Below are positions 18,630-28,243 of a stretch of DNA of 64,000 nucleotides, piece by piece. The first letter of the stretch is position 1. Every line of letters starts with the position of its first letter. A program made the position numbers and the translations under genes. The stretch is from Aggregatilineales bacterium (GTDB taxonomy: Bacteria; Chloroflexota; Anaerolineae; Aggregatilineales; Phototrophicaceae), in the NCBI GenBank assembly GCA_038248285.1, contig JBBRTY010000001.1, positions 5,766 to 69,765 of the forward strand. Reading direction: 5' to 3'. The notes under the pieces were generated by a model. The model was not told the DNA's origin, did not search any database, and worked only from the letters and a program-made list of their open reading frames with translations.

Positions 18630-19769
18630 ATGACACCCGTTTCATCTGATGCGCAAGGTGCTAAAGCTAGGTTTATCTCTATTCGTATCAAGTTGGCTTT
18701 TGGCTTTGGTCTCGCCTTTACGCTCATTTTTGCGGCAATCTTCTACTGGTTCTATGGTTTTAGCATCAATGTCGCGCGCACGCAAATTGGGGAATCCCTT
18801 GTCGATGTCCTCACTGCCACAGCGCTTAAAATCGACGGTGATGTTATTGTGGATCTTTATAACAACTCCGAACCGACGCTCTATGATGATCGCAACGACG
18901 AGGACCCCGATAACGATGTTTATTTCACTGATGACCCTCGTTTTTGGGAAATTGCCCAGTTTCTCTATAGCGTTCGTGAGCTAAACCAACACGCATTTCA
19001 TTATATCTACGTTGCCAGCACAGACCCCGAAGACGAAAATGATTTCTACTACGTCATTGATGGCTTAGCCCTTGAAGACCCACTCCCAGAATGGATGGTC
19101 AGCTTCAAAGAAGGGGACGTGACAGACAGCGGCTTGATCCTGCGCGGGTTGGATGGCACAGTGACCGGTCTAAACAACCCCTACGAATGGCGCGATGAGT
19201 GGTGGGTTTCGGGCTATACACCGATTTATAATGCGCAAGGGCAAGTGGTCGCGGGTCTCGGTGTCGATTATCTAGCGGGCTACCTGCGCGAGGTTGAACG
19301 CAACATCCTCACCGTTGCCCTGCCGGTCGTTACGGTGACTTTTGCGGTCATGTCTGCGTTGGTCTTCTTCGTCTCCAGCTTTATCAGCGCGCCTTTGATC
19401 AGGCTTTCCGTCGTTGCCGAAGAATACGGTGAAGGGCATTACGATGCTGTACTCAATGCGGAACCCAACACCTCCTTCCCCGATGAAGTCACCACCCTGC
19501 AAACAAACTTGGTGCGCATGGCGGACAAGATCGCTCAGCGCGAAATTAAACTCAAGCAAGAAGTCGAAGAGTTGCGTATTCAGATCGACCATTCTCGCCG
19601 TGATGAACAAGTCAAAGAGATCGTTGACGATGATTTCTTCCAACAATTGCAATCACGCGCCGGACAACTCCGCGCGCGCCGCAAGAGCGAAGCAAATGAC
19701 GACTCTGCCAAAGGTATCTCCGGTATCTCCACGACCGATACTGCCAATACTGAGAAAGACCGCCTATGA
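18630..19769 (+). CDS. Membrane protein with Cache-like extracytoplasmic domain, HAMP-like linker and C-terminal coiled coil; no output domain
   Basis: TM1 is IKLAFGFGLAFTLIFAAIFYWF. An acidic extracytoplasmic domain of about 190 aa ends in WWVSGYTPIYNAQGQVVAGLGVDY (Cache-like). TM2 is followed by APLIRLSVVAEEYGEGHYD (HAMP-like), then the heptad-rich REIKLKQEVEELRIQIDHSRRDEQ. GGAG lies 9 nt upstream of the ATG. Confidence 0.5.
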   Translation: MTPVSSDAQGAKARFISIRIKLAFGFGLAFTLIFAAIFYWFYGFSINVARTQIGESLVDVLTATALKIDGDVIVDLYNNSEPTLYDDRNDEDPDNDVYFTDDPRFWEIAQFLYSVRELNQHAFHYIYVASTDPEDENDFYYVIDGLALEDPLPEWMVSFKEGDVTDSGLILRGLDGTVTGLNNPYEWRDEWWVSGYTPIYNAQGQVVAGLGVDYLAGYLREVERNILTVALPVVTVTFAVMSALVFFVSSFISAPLIRLSVVAEEYGEGHYDAVLNAEPNTSFPDEVTTLQTNLVRMADKIAQREIKLKQEVEELRIQIDHSRRDEQVKEIVDDDFFQQLQSRAGQLRARRKSEANDDSAKGISGISTTDTANTEKDRL

Positions 19770-21115
19770 CGCCACCTCATTCCCATGTCCCCATTGTAGC
19801 GATTTGCAATATCGCTGAAGCCTTTTATGATTTTCTGATTAGGGTGCCCGATTCAGACTCCCATCTCAAGGGCGAAGCCTATCGCGGGGATCGCGCTATC
19901 GTCTGGATCGGTGCCGCCAAACTGGTGATCACCAGTTTGGCGATCCCGCATGAGCCGTATCTCAAACAGCACGCGGGCTATACGGGCACGCGCTCGACCA
20001 GACCCGCCACCAATAGCCATCTGCTCTGCAAAGATATCGCCAACGATCCAGCGGTACTGGCTGAGATCGTCCAATTTGCCGGAGCAGGTGCTACCATTCA
20101 GGTGGCACCCTATGCTGCCACGCGCGAATTTTACGATCTGGTAGACCTGCTGCGTACCGACTATCACCTCACCGTGCTGTTGGCAGACACCAACGAGCGC
20201 GATCACATGTGGGTGCGCGATTACATCGACACCAAAGCCGGTTTTAGGGTTCTCACCGCACGCTGGTTGCCCAATGCCGAAGACTTGCTCTTAGAAGGCA
20301 TCGTCTGCCCCAACAAAGCCGAAGCCGCCCAAGTAGCCCATTGGTTTATCAATCGTGGTCAGGCGTGCATCGTCAAAAATGATATTGGGGAAAATGGCTT
20401 TGGCAATGTCATCATCCGCCCCTCTGAGTTTGCCGACAAAGCCGCTATTCTCGATCACCTCAATGCCTCCACCGTGTTGGGGGTGCCGCCACTCACAGTA
20501 GAAGCGCTCGTCGCAAATATCGGCACTAGTTCCCCATCCTTTGAGGCGTTTGTCCCGCCAATAGGGCAAGGCGCACCCTATTTGACCTACGTCTCGGATC
20601 AACTGTTTCACGGATTTGGCGATTTTTGCGGCGTGGTCATCGGTCATGAACTGACCGAGCGCGCATGGTACCCCACTTTGGTAGAGAGCGGTCTCCGCAT
20701 CGCCCAAGGCTTACAAAAGATGGGCTATGTCGGCTTTTTTGACCTAGACGCCATCTGCGACGCCGATGATCGGATTTATTTACTAGAGGTCAACACCCGC
20801 AGGACAGGGGGCACCCATACCCACGACTTCGCCCACTTCTTCTTTGGTGCCGATTACCTGAGCCGCGTCACCCTGTTAAGCGACGATACCTTGTCCAGCA
20901 GCGGCATCCAAGACGTAAACCTGCTCCACGAGGCAGCAAGTGCGTTACGCTATCCTATTGGCGATGAAGAACGCGGCATCTTCATTACCGGCACGTCCGC
21001 GCTCGAACGTGATGAATTCGGCGTGATCATTGTCGGGCGCGACACTGCCGATTGCGTCGCCCTACAAAGCACCCTCGTCGCAACAGTAGCGCGTTTCGCC
21101 AATACCCAAAAATAA
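19766..21115 (+). CDS. ATP-grasp fold ligase with pre-ATP-grasp N-domain (function unknown)
   Basis: 449 aa. GYVGFFDLDAICDADDRIYLLEVNTRRTGGTH carries the ATP-grasp Mg-binding E-x-N motif, with CIVKNDIGENGFG upstream. The start overlaps the stop of the Cache/HAMP gene (ATGA). Confidence 0.55.
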   Translation: MTPPHSHVPIVAICNIAEAFYDFLIRVPDSDSHLKGEAYRGDRAIVWIGAAKLVITSLAIPHEPYLKQHAGYTGTRSTRPATNSHLLCKDIANDPAVLAEIVQFAGAGATIQVAPYAATREFYDLVDLLRTDYHLTVLLADTNERDHMWVRDYIDTKAGFRVLTARWLPNAEDLLLEGIVCPNKAEAAQVAHWFINRGQACIVKNDIGENGFGNVIIRPSEFADKAAILDHLNASTVLGVPPLTVEALVANIGTSSPSFEAFVPPIGQGAPYLTYVSDQLFHGFGDFCGVVIGHELTERAWYPTLVESGLRIAQGLQKMGYVGFFDLDAICDADDRIYLLEVNTRRTGGTHTHDFAHFFFGADYLSRVTLLSDDTLSSSGIQDVNLLHEAASALRYPIGDEERGIFITGTSALERDEFGVIIVGRDTADCVALQSTLVATVARFANTQK

Positions 21116-21143
21116 ACCGGATACGTTTAAGGCGTATCCGGTT
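21115..21143. terminator. Hairpin between convergent genes (ATP-grasp + strand / ABC exporter - strand)
   Basis: AACCGGATACG (21115-21125), loop TTTAAGG, then CGTATCCGGTT (21133-21143). The 11-bp stem is perfect and flanked by A/T runs. Confidence 0.4.
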
Positions 21144-21201
21144 CCAAAAACGCTTCAGGGCACGGTCTTTCGTGTCCTCAAAGGAATCTTGCCACCTCTT
21201 A

Positions 21202-23010
21202 CTACACAGTTTCGCTGGTGGGCATGTCCTCTTCCGGTTCTTCCACAAATTGCCGGCGATAGAGCTGGGCATAGAGACCGTTGAGCGCCAACAATTCCTC
21301 GTGATTGCCCTGTTCCACGATCTCGCCCAAGCGCATCACCAAAATACGATCCACTTCGCGGATGGTGCTTAAACGGTGCGCAATCACAATACTGGTGCGC
21401 CCCTGCAAAATCCGATGTAAGCCCGTCTGAATCGCTTCTTCTGTTTCGGTATCAATATTACTGGTCGCCTCGTCCAGCACGAGGATGCTATGGGGGTGAT
21501 GCAGCAACGCCCGCGCCAGCGCAATGAGTTGCCGTTGCCCCTGCGACAAGTTCGCCCCGCCCGGCATCAGCATCGTATCGTATAACTGCGGTAAGCGCTC
21601 AATGAACCCATTAGCACACGCTGTTTTCGCCGCCTCGATCACTTTCGCACGCGGGATTGAGTCATCGAATAAGCTGATATTTTCGGCAATCGTGCCTGTG
21701 AAACAATAGGGATTCTGCGGCACCACCGTCACCGAATGGCGCAAATCATCATTCGACAGATCGCGCACATCAAAACCACCGATACGCACGCTCCCCTCGG
21801 TCACATCATAAAACCGCCCCACCAGCCCCGCCAAAGACGTTTTGCCCGCGCCTGTCGCCCCTACAACCGCGACACGTTGCCCCATCGGGATGACCAAATC
21901 CAAATCATGAATGACGGGATGCCCGTTCTCATACCCAAACGTCACTTCATCAAATTCCACCGTCAGCGTTTGCACTGTCGGCTTCACCGGGTGATTTGCT
22001 TGTACAACTTCCGGTTCGACATGCAGCATTCGCGCGATTCGTTCGCCCGCCGATAGCGCCGTCTGAATCTGCGCGATCTGTTCTGATAAGCTCACAATCG
22101 GCTCAAACATGCGTCGGGTATACTCGACAAACGAGATCAACATCCCCAACGTCGCCCATCCCATCAACACGCCTTGCCCGCCCCCATACAGCACAAAGGC
22201 TAAGCCAATGGTGGTCAAAATTTGTAGCACCGAGGCGTAACGAGTGTATTGGTCGCGCAGCAAAGTGTGGACTTCGCGGTATTCAAGATTCTTTTGGTTA
22301 AACCCTTCGCGGCTGATGGGCTGGCGGTTGAAAAGCTGCACGATCAACATGCCACCAAACTGCTCGTTGATGTATGACAGTGTTTCTGCCACGACCCGAT
22401 GATAACGCCCCGAAGACTCGCGTAGGCGCTTGCGGAAGTAAATCGTCATGTAAATCATCACAGGCAAAACGATAAAGCTGATCAACGCCAAACGCCAATT
22501 GATCAGCAGCATCGCCACGATAATGCCGACCAAAGTCATCATGTTGCTTGCCACCATCACGATACTGGTGGACATCAGTTCGGTCAGGGCTTCGATGTCA
22601 TTAGACATGCGCGCCACCAATTGACCGACAGGCGTCACGTTGAAGAAGCGCATATCTTGACGCATAATGTGCGCGAACAAGGTCCGCCGCAAATCCAGCA
22701 GCGCATTTTGTCCAACGGTCTGCAACAAATAGATATACCCAAAACGCAAGACGAAAATTGTGATCACCACCACAAAATAAGCGATACCAAACGGAATCAC
22801 CTGATTGATATCACCACTCGTGATCGGTCCATCCACGACCAACTGAATCAGATAAGGCAGCACGACAGACAATACCGAAACTGCCAGCAAGCCCACAAAG
22901 ACGATCCCGATCTGGAGTTTGTAGGGGGATAAAAATTGCCCCAACATGCGCAGTAGGTAGCGATCGGTGATAGATTCCTGTTGCAACTCAGTCGCAGTGA
23001 GTCGTTTCAT
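21202..23010 (-). CDS. ABC exporter, fused TMD-NBD half-transporter (MsbA/MdlB type), subunit 2
   Basis: Six TM helices, Walker A GATGAGKTS, signature LSQGQRQ and Walker B ILVLDEATS. The ATG at 23010 lies 4 nt after the upstream stop. The ORF-track TTG at 23040 would overlap the upstream gene. Confidence 0.9.
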   Translation of the reverse strand: MKRLTATELQQESITDRYLLRMLGQFLSPYKLQIGIVFVGLLAVSVLSVVLPYLIQLVVDGPITSGDINQVIPFGIAYFVVVITIFVLRFGYIYLLQTVGQNALLDLRRTLFAHIMRQDMRFFNVTPVGQLVARMSNDIEALTELMSTSIVMVASNMMTLVGIIVAMLLINWRLALISFIVLPVMIYMTIYFRKRLRESSGRYHRVVAETLSYINEQFGGMLIVQLFNRQPISREGFNQKNLEYREVHTLLRDQYTRYASVLQILTTIGLAFVLYGGGQGVLMGWATLGMLISFVEYTRRMFEPIVSLSEQIAQIQTALSAGERIARMLHVEPEVVQANHPVKPTVQTLTVEFDEVTFGYENGHPVIHDLDLVIPMGQRVAVVGATGAGKTSLAGLVGRFYDVTEGSVRIGGFDVRDLSNDDLRHSVTVVPQNPYCFTGTIAENISLFDDSIPRAKVIEAAKTACANGFIERLPQLYDTMLMPGGANLSQGQRQLIALARALLHHPHSILVLDEATSNIDTETEEAIQTGLHRILQGRTSIVIAHRLSTIREVDRILVMRLGEIVEQGNHEELLALNGLYAQLYRRQFVEEPEEDMPTSETV

Positions 23011-23014
23011 CCCA

Positions 23015-24862
23015 TTAACTTGAGGACCGGACGCGCTCAACTTCTTCCTCCATCACTGGCTCTGCTTCTGACACCGCAGCATCGACACGGCTATCCCCAC
23101 GTTCACGGGCTGCCATGTGCGCATAAACCCCTTGTTGAGCGATCAAAGCGGCATGGGTGCCTGATTCCACGATCTGCCCATCATCCATCACCAAAATCAA
23201 ATCACAATCTTTCACCGTCGAAATCCGGTGCGCGATGATCAAACTGGTACGCGCTTGCAAAACCGCACGCATATCATGCAGGATGTCAGCCGCAGTGCGC
23301 GTATCCACGCTCGATAGGGCATCATCCAAAACTAAAATCGCTGGGTCGCGCACAATCGCACGCGCGATAGCGACACGCTGCTTTTGCCCGCCGCTCAGCA
23401 TCACGCCTTTTTCGCCAACCAGCGTGTCCATGCCGTGTGGAAGCTGTGCCAAATCATTGCTCATGCGCGAGATATGCGCAGCACGAGACAATTCTTCGTC
23501 AGTAGCTTCGCGCTTGCCCATACGAATATTTTCGCTCAGCGGTGCGCTGAACAAAAAGGTCGATTGCGGTACATAAGCAATCGCCCGCCGCAAATCTTCT
23601 AAGTCCAGTGTCCGCACATCATGTCCATCGACCAAAACGCGCCCCTCGGATGGGTCAAGAACACGCGCGATCAAACTGACCAGTAGCGTCTTGCCGCAAC
23701 CAGTCGGACCAATGATGCCGACGACCGTCCCTGCGGGGATATCAAGGCTGACGTTGCTGAGCAAGGTCGTCCCTTCCATTTCGACGCTGACATGCTCAAA
23801 GCGCAAATCCCCGTGCGGCGCTGGCAATGGAACAGCATCAGGTAATGAAGCGACCTGTGTCGGTTGGATCAACACGGTTAACCTTGTCAGCGCCCCGCGT
23901 GTCTGTTGGTAGCGTTGATAGGTCATGCCAAGTTGCAACAGCGATTGGCTGATCCAACCAAGATAAAGCAAAAACTGGGTGAAATTGCCGAGCGTAAATG
24001 TCCCTTGCACCGCCAAAATCCCGCCAAACAAGACCACCACGCCCATCGTGGATTGGCTGATCATATTCGGCAACATGCCCACCGGTTCGTTGCGTCGTTT
24101 GAAGAATAACCAACGCCGTCGATATTCGATATTTTCGGCAGCGAAACGGGCGTTGATGCTATCTTCACGTCCGAAGGTCTTGATTGTTTGAACACCGCTG
24201 ATGGCATCTTGCACCAACGACGCCATTTTTCCCGCTTGATCTTGAACCTGCTCAAACATCGGTGTGAGCGCAGCCCCCGCCCGAATTTGAAACGTCGTCG
24301 ACACCAGCAGCACCACAAACACTAATGCCGTTAGAGGCAAGTTGACGAACGCCAACAGGACAAAGATTACTAATAGGTTGAAAGAGGCACTGAAGGCGCG
24401 ATTAAACCCAATCGCCAACAACCGCCAAATCATCTCAGTATCGCTGTGGATGCGTGAAATCAGATCGCCAATCGCTTGGCGTTGATAAAAACTATTGTCT
24501 AGTCTCAGCAAGTTTTCGTATAAGTCTCGGCGGATATCGTAATTGACCGCATAAGCGATGTTGCCGCTAAAGTGGCGCATCCCAAAAAACGCAACAATCG
24601 CTATGATAGCAATACCGATCATGAGCGCGATGTCGCCCCACATTTGATCAAAACGAACCCCTTGCTGAACATGATCGATGATCACACCGATGACAAAAGG
24701 TTCCGCAGCGGTCGCAATACCGCCCACCACACCTGTGAAGAACGCCCCCACCGCGTCCCATCGATGGCGCATAATATACGCCCACAACCATCTCATATCC
24801 GCAACCGGCACCTGAACTTCATTCGAAGCGCCAGACACCACAACCCCCGCGAGATCACTCAC
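23015..24862 (-). CDS. ABC exporter, fused TMD-NBD half-transporter, subunit 1
   Basis: Walker A GPTGCGKTL, signature LSGGQKQR and Walker B ILVLDDALS. I place the start at GTG 24862, preceded by AGGAGTGAGG (rc of 24869-24878). The ORF-track start at 24943 reads through a 30-bp palindrome and is unlikely. Confidence 0.9.
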   Translation of the reverse strand: MSDLAGVVVSGASNEVQVPVADMRWLWAYIMRHRWDAVGAFFTGVVGGIATAAEPFVIGVIIDHVQQGVRFDQMWGDIALMIGIAIIAIVAFFGMRHFSGNIAYAVNYDIRRDLYENLLRLDNSFYQRQAIGDLISRIHSDTEMIWRLLAIGFNRAFSASFNLLVIFVLLAFVNLPLTALVFVVLLVSTTFQIRAGAALTPMFEQVQDQAGKMASLVQDAISGVQTIKTFGREDSINARFAAENIEYRRRWLFFKRRNEPVGMLPNMISQSTMGVVVLFGGILAVQGTFTLGNFTQFLLYLGWISQSLLQLGMTYQRYQQTRGALTRLTVLIQPTQVASLPDAVPLPAPHGDLRFEHVSVEMEGTTLLSNVSLDIPAGTVVGIIGPTGCGKTLLVSLIARVLDPSEGRVLVDGHDVRTLDLEDLRRAIAYVPQSTFLFSAPLSENIRMGKREATDEELSRAAHISRMSNDLAQLPHGMDTLVGEKGVMLSGGQKQRVAIARAIVRDPAILVLDDALSSVDTRTAADILHDMRAVLQARTSLIIAHRISTVKDCDLILVMDDGQIVESGTHAALIAQQGVYAHMAARERGDSRVDAAVSEAEPVMEEEVERVRSSS

Positions 24863-24928
24863 GACAGACCTCACTCCTAAACTTACAATTTGCATTGAGA
24901 GAGTGTGAAGTGTACCCGAAAATCTAAG

Positions 24929-24958
24929 ACCATTACAGACCAATTGGTCTGTAATGGT
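24929..24958. promoter_or_regulatory. Perfect 30-bp palindrome upstream of the ABC exporter genes (operator or hairpin)
   Basis: ACCATTACAGACCAA|TTGGTCTGTAATGGT, perfectly self-complementary, 67-96 nt upstream of the GTG at 24862. On the minus strand it is followed by CTTAGATTTTCGG, so it could also act as an intrinsic terminator or attenuator. Confidence 0.4.
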
Positions 24959-25025
24959 TAATCAAAACATGCGAGTTTTTGGTGAGGGCAATAAACAGGA
25001 ATGGGATTCGACTGACAAGGATTGG

Positions 25026-25055
25026 GCAGGGGTGCCCTTAGGGAAGCACCCCTGC
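25026..25055 (-). terminator. GC-rich hairpin 15 nt downstream of the permuted ATP-grasp gene
   Basis: GCAGGGGTGCCC / GGG..GCACCCCTGC form a stem of about 10-13 bp. There is no clear U-tract, so function (terminator versus processing or stability element) is uncertain. Confidence 0.3.
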
Positions 25056-25069
25056 ATAGTGAAAAAAGC

Positions 25070-26425
25070 TTAAAAATCTTTCCGCTCAATCAAAAAAGCA
25101 GGCACCAACGAGCCGCCCCCTGCCGTGACATTCAAAAGCGATACCGACGACAAACGGGTCAAGCATCCATGCACCGTGCGGCCATAGAAGACATAAGGAT
25201 CGGCATCCACATGACGGGCGCTGATATCCAACTGCCCATCCACCCACGAGGGAAACTCGCGCGTGATCGACTCCACCCGTTCTTGCACCACAAAAGGTTC
25301 AGTCAACGCATGTTGTAGGGCGCTACTCCAGTTCTCTGCTTCACATTCCCACCCCAAAACCACGCCTTTACCGCCGTATTCGTCATTCGGCTTTAACACC
25401 AGTCGGTCGCGATGATCGGTCACAAAAGTGAGCAAATCCACCTGCTGCCCCTCATACTCGGTTTTGCGGTCGCTTACCAAACGTGTCCATGGGATATGCA
25501 GCGCAATTGCCTGCTGCTGTTCCGGCGTGAACAAATGCGCATTCCGCTCATCACTGATAAAGGCAAAACTGGCTTTCTTCGCCATCAGCTTGCAACTGAA
25601 CGAATTAGTTAAGAAAACGGCATGGTCACGATATGCCTGTACAATCGGGTTATCGACACCCATCCTGTGAATCAATTCACTGATGAGGACGCGCTTGTAG
25701 ATCACATCAATTTTCCGACTGCCTGCCCATAATGCGCCGTTCCGATATTCGACTGCCCGCGGATCAATCAGAAAAGACGAGGTACCCGCCCGCTCAAACG
25801 AAAATCGGCTGATCTCGTGTTCATTCAGCGTCGGCACATCTTGCCAATCCATGATGGCGATTTGCGGGTTGGCGGCAGTCCCGCCCCAATCGCGATACCC
25901 TTGCAACAACGCCTTTAATAGCTCCGCCAACAAGGGCATGGATTGAACATGGTAATTTGTCTCAAATCGCTTCATCGGTTCAAGTCCGTGAAACAGATCA
26001 TTGAGGACATCGCCATAGCCCATGCCAGCGGGCGTTTCGGCATTATATTCGACAAATTGGAGGATACCGTCATCAGCTCGAAAAAAAGAGTCGAGGCGCG
26101 AAGTCGTCCACGGGATGGCACCGCCGATATCGAGGCTAAATAACTGCTCTTCGTAAGCCTCCAACGATAACTGCTGACGCAGTTCTGGGCTATATAAACA
26201 TGCCTCGTGCGCACGGCTAAAAGCACCAAGCAAAATTTCTGTCTCTTGTTTCAGATATGCCCATTGATCGGTGAAATAGAAATGGGGACGCAACACGGTA
26301 CAGATCGGGCGGTTGCCAAAGTAGAGACCCAGCTTGTGCAGCATACTCCGCATTTCGCCATCAGTATCCGCCGCGATCTGATCATTCAGCAGTTCATGAT
26401 AAATCTCTATCGCCTCGCGCAGCAT
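25070..26425 (-). CDS. Circularly permuted type-2 ATP-grasp protein (COG2308-like)
   Basis: 451 aa. The C-terminal part LVLKPNDEYGGKGVVLGWE...PFVVQERV...RHVDADPYVFYG...CLTRLSS..LLNVTAGGGSLVPAFL follows the pattern of COG2308 proteins as I recall it (LKPv.gsGG.G...G....aQ......R.vDlRPf....v.v.pGGLTRva...s..vN.sqGGGsKDtwV). Confidence 0.65.
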   Translation of the reverse strand: MLREAIEIYHELLNDQIAADTDGEMRSMLHKLGLYFGNRPICTVLRPHFYFTDQWAYLKQETEILLGAFSRAHEACLYSPELRQQLSLEAYEEQLFSLDIGGAIPWTTSRLDSFFRADDGILQFVEYNAETPAGMGYGDVLNDLFHGLEPMKRFETNYHVQSMPLLAELLKALLQGYRDWGGTAANPQIAIMDWQDVPTLNEHEISRFSFERAGTSSFLIDPRAVEYRNGALWAGSRKIDVIYKRVLISELIHRMGVDNPIVQAYRDHAVFLTNSFSCKLMAKKASFAFISDERNAHLFTPEQQQAIALHIPWTRLVSDRKTEYEGQQVDLLTFVTDHRDRLVLKPNDEYGGKGVVLGWECEAENWSSALQHALTEPFVVQERVESITREFPSWVDGQLDISARHVDADPYVFYGRTVHGCLTRLSSVSLLNVTAGGGSLVPAFLIERKDF

Positions 26426-26437
26426 GAAGGTTCCCTT

Positions 26438-27427
26438 CTACTTGGTGTTTCCCTGTGAATCAAGCTCCTGCGCAAGCCGTCCCCACTCATACCGTGTCCG
26501 CGTTTGGGCGGCAGGTTCAAGGGCATAGCCGATACAAACATCCGCCATCGTCTTGACCATCCAATCGAAATGCCCGCGCCCCAACGAATGGGTATCCATA
26601 TCCGGCGCTGGATTCATGAAGTCAATGGCATAAGGCACACCACCCTTGATCGCAAATTCGACAGCATTCATATCGTACCCAAAAGCACGATTCAGCTTAA
26701 GGGTTGATTCGACCATCAAATTCACCAATGCCGGATCAAAATCATGCTCCGGCAAATAATTATTGCCGTACACCGGACGGGGGGTGTATTTCATGACATG
26801 GACATGTTGCTGCCCCAGCCCCATACAACGCCCATAATTGTCCCATTGAATGAACTCTTGCAAGATCATCGTCAGCAGTCCACTATCGTTGTACTTCTCA
26901 AAAAGCTCATCCCACGAATGGACGATATGCACCGCTTTCCACCCGCCGCCATGCGCATCCTTCAACACCAGCGGGAACCCTCCCAGATATTCGACGATAT
27001 CGCTCCATGGCACGGGATAAAGCAGGTTGCGCAAACTCTCTTCATGGACGATGCCGGGCACATATTCCTTATTGGGCAATACCACCGTCTTGGGGTGGGT
27101 AATCCCCATCTTGTCCAGCAAGGATGCCCCAAAATACTTATCGTCACTCGTCCACATAAACGGATCGTTGATGACCTTACAGCCTTGTAGCACCGCATTC
27201 TTGAGGTAACTGCGATAGTAGGGAACTTCGTGCGAAATCCGATCCACAATCACCCGATACGGCGTCGGTTCATTCATGCGCGTGCCGCCGATACTCACAT
27301 ATTCGGCAATCACCCCCGTGTCCTTCGTCCGACGGTTAACTTCATCAATAAAGGCGGGGGGCCACGACCATTCACGCCCGACAAACACGCCCACCCGCTT
27401 CAACCCTGTATCCACCTGATTTGTCAT
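26438..27427 (-). CDS. ATP-grasp ligase (RimK/GshB-sized), specificity unknown
   Basis: Motifs FPLVLKDAHGGGWKAVHIV, LLTMILQEFI and NAVEFAIKGGVPYAIDFMNPAPD fit the ATP-grasp fold. Start placed at MTNQV (27427), preceded by AAAGGAAG. The ORF-track start is 17 codons upstream. Confidence 0.6.
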   Translation of the reverse strand: MTNQVDTGLKRVGVFVGREWSWPPAFIDEVNRRTKDTGVIAEYVSIGGTRMNEPTPYRVIVDRISHEVPYYRSYLKNAVLQGCKVINDPFMWTSDDKYFGASLLDKMGITHPKTVVLPNKEYVPGIVHEESLRNLLYPVPWSDIVEYLGGFPLVLKDAHGGGWKAVHIVHSWDELFEKYNDSGLLTMILQEFIQWDNYGRCMGLGQQHVHVMKYTPRPVYGNNYLPEHDFDPALVNLMVESTLKLNRAFGYDMNAVEFAIKGGVPYAIDFMNPAPDMDTHSLGRGHFDWMVKTMADVCIGYALEPAAQTRTRYEWGRLAQELDSQGNTK

Positions 27428-27501
27428 GATGCTTCCTTTATCCATAAAGGCGCACAGGCGTACAACCTGTGCGCGCAAGCGCTCAATCGATCAAATAACC
27501 A

Positions 27502-28224
27502 TTAATCATGCCCGAAGATATACTTCGGCACTACGCGCTGCCAGTAGGGCCAATCATGAATCCAGCCGTCCCATTCTCGCAAAGCATTGCCGATTCCTTT
27601 ATTCCACAACATGCCGCTAAAGTCGCGTGTCCATTGCAATTGCGGATCACCCTTACCCGCCACAAGGATAATATCTTGCCGGCGCATCGCTTCTAGGCGA
27701 CCCCAATCATGTTCGTTCGGGACAAACTGCATGGGGTTGTACTGATAGACCATCTCGTCGCTGTACCCCCCCGTGAAGCTGCGAATATCATATAAACCGC
27801 AAATCCCAATCATGCGCTGAACCTCATGCGGGTAGCGGAGCGCAAAGCCAGCGGCATGGTACGCCCCAAACGAAGCGCCCATCGTCATCGTGAAGGGGTT
27901 CTGATTCTTCCAGCGCATAAAGGGCAATACTTCATTGTGCAGGTATTGAAAATACAAGTGATGCCGATACGCCCGTCCGCCCGGATGCGCCCACCAAGCG
28001 TACCAAGTTTCCTCGTCAATGGCGTCCACACAAAATGCTTGCAACCATCCCCGTTCCAGCGGTTCGCGCAGCGCATCCCACATCATGCTCCGGTCTTCCC
28101 ATTCGTAATAACGCCCTTTGGAAGTCGGGAAGATGATGACCTTCGCGCCAGCATGTCCAAAAACCAATAGCTGCATATCTCGGTTAAGCGTCGGGCTGTA
28201 CCAACGATGATGTTCTCGATTCAT
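27502..28224 (-). CDS. Esterase-family alpha/beta hydrolase (GxSxG)
   Basis: MNREHHRWYSPTLNRDMQLLVFGHAG...TMGASFGAYHAAGFALRYP contains a GASFG nucleophile elbow, typical of the putative esterase family. Starting at ATG 28224 avoids the 89-nt overlap with the S8 gene implied by the ORF track. Confidence 0.65.
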   Translation of the reverse strand: MNREHHRWYSPTLNRDMQLLVFGHAGAKVIIFPTSKGRYYEWEDRSMMWDALREPLERGWLQAFCVDAIDEETWYAWWAHPGGRAYRHHLYFQYLHNEVLPFMRWKNQNPFTMTMGASFGAYHAAGFALRYPHEVQRMIGICGLYDIRSFTGGYSDEMVYQYNPMQFVPNEHDWGRLEAMRRQDIILVAGKGDPQLQWTRDFSGMLWNKGIGNALREWDGWIHDWPYWQRVVPKYIFGHD

Positions 28225-28243
28225 GTTGACCTTTGACCTTTGT

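Noticed and set aside
21202-24862. The two ABC exporter genes as the missing lasso-peptide (McjD-like) transporter.
   Set aside because: They are about 13 kb from the RiPP cassette and separated from it by an EPS locus and unrelated genes. They are co-oriented with the ATP-grasp operon. Linkage to the lasso-like genes is not supported.
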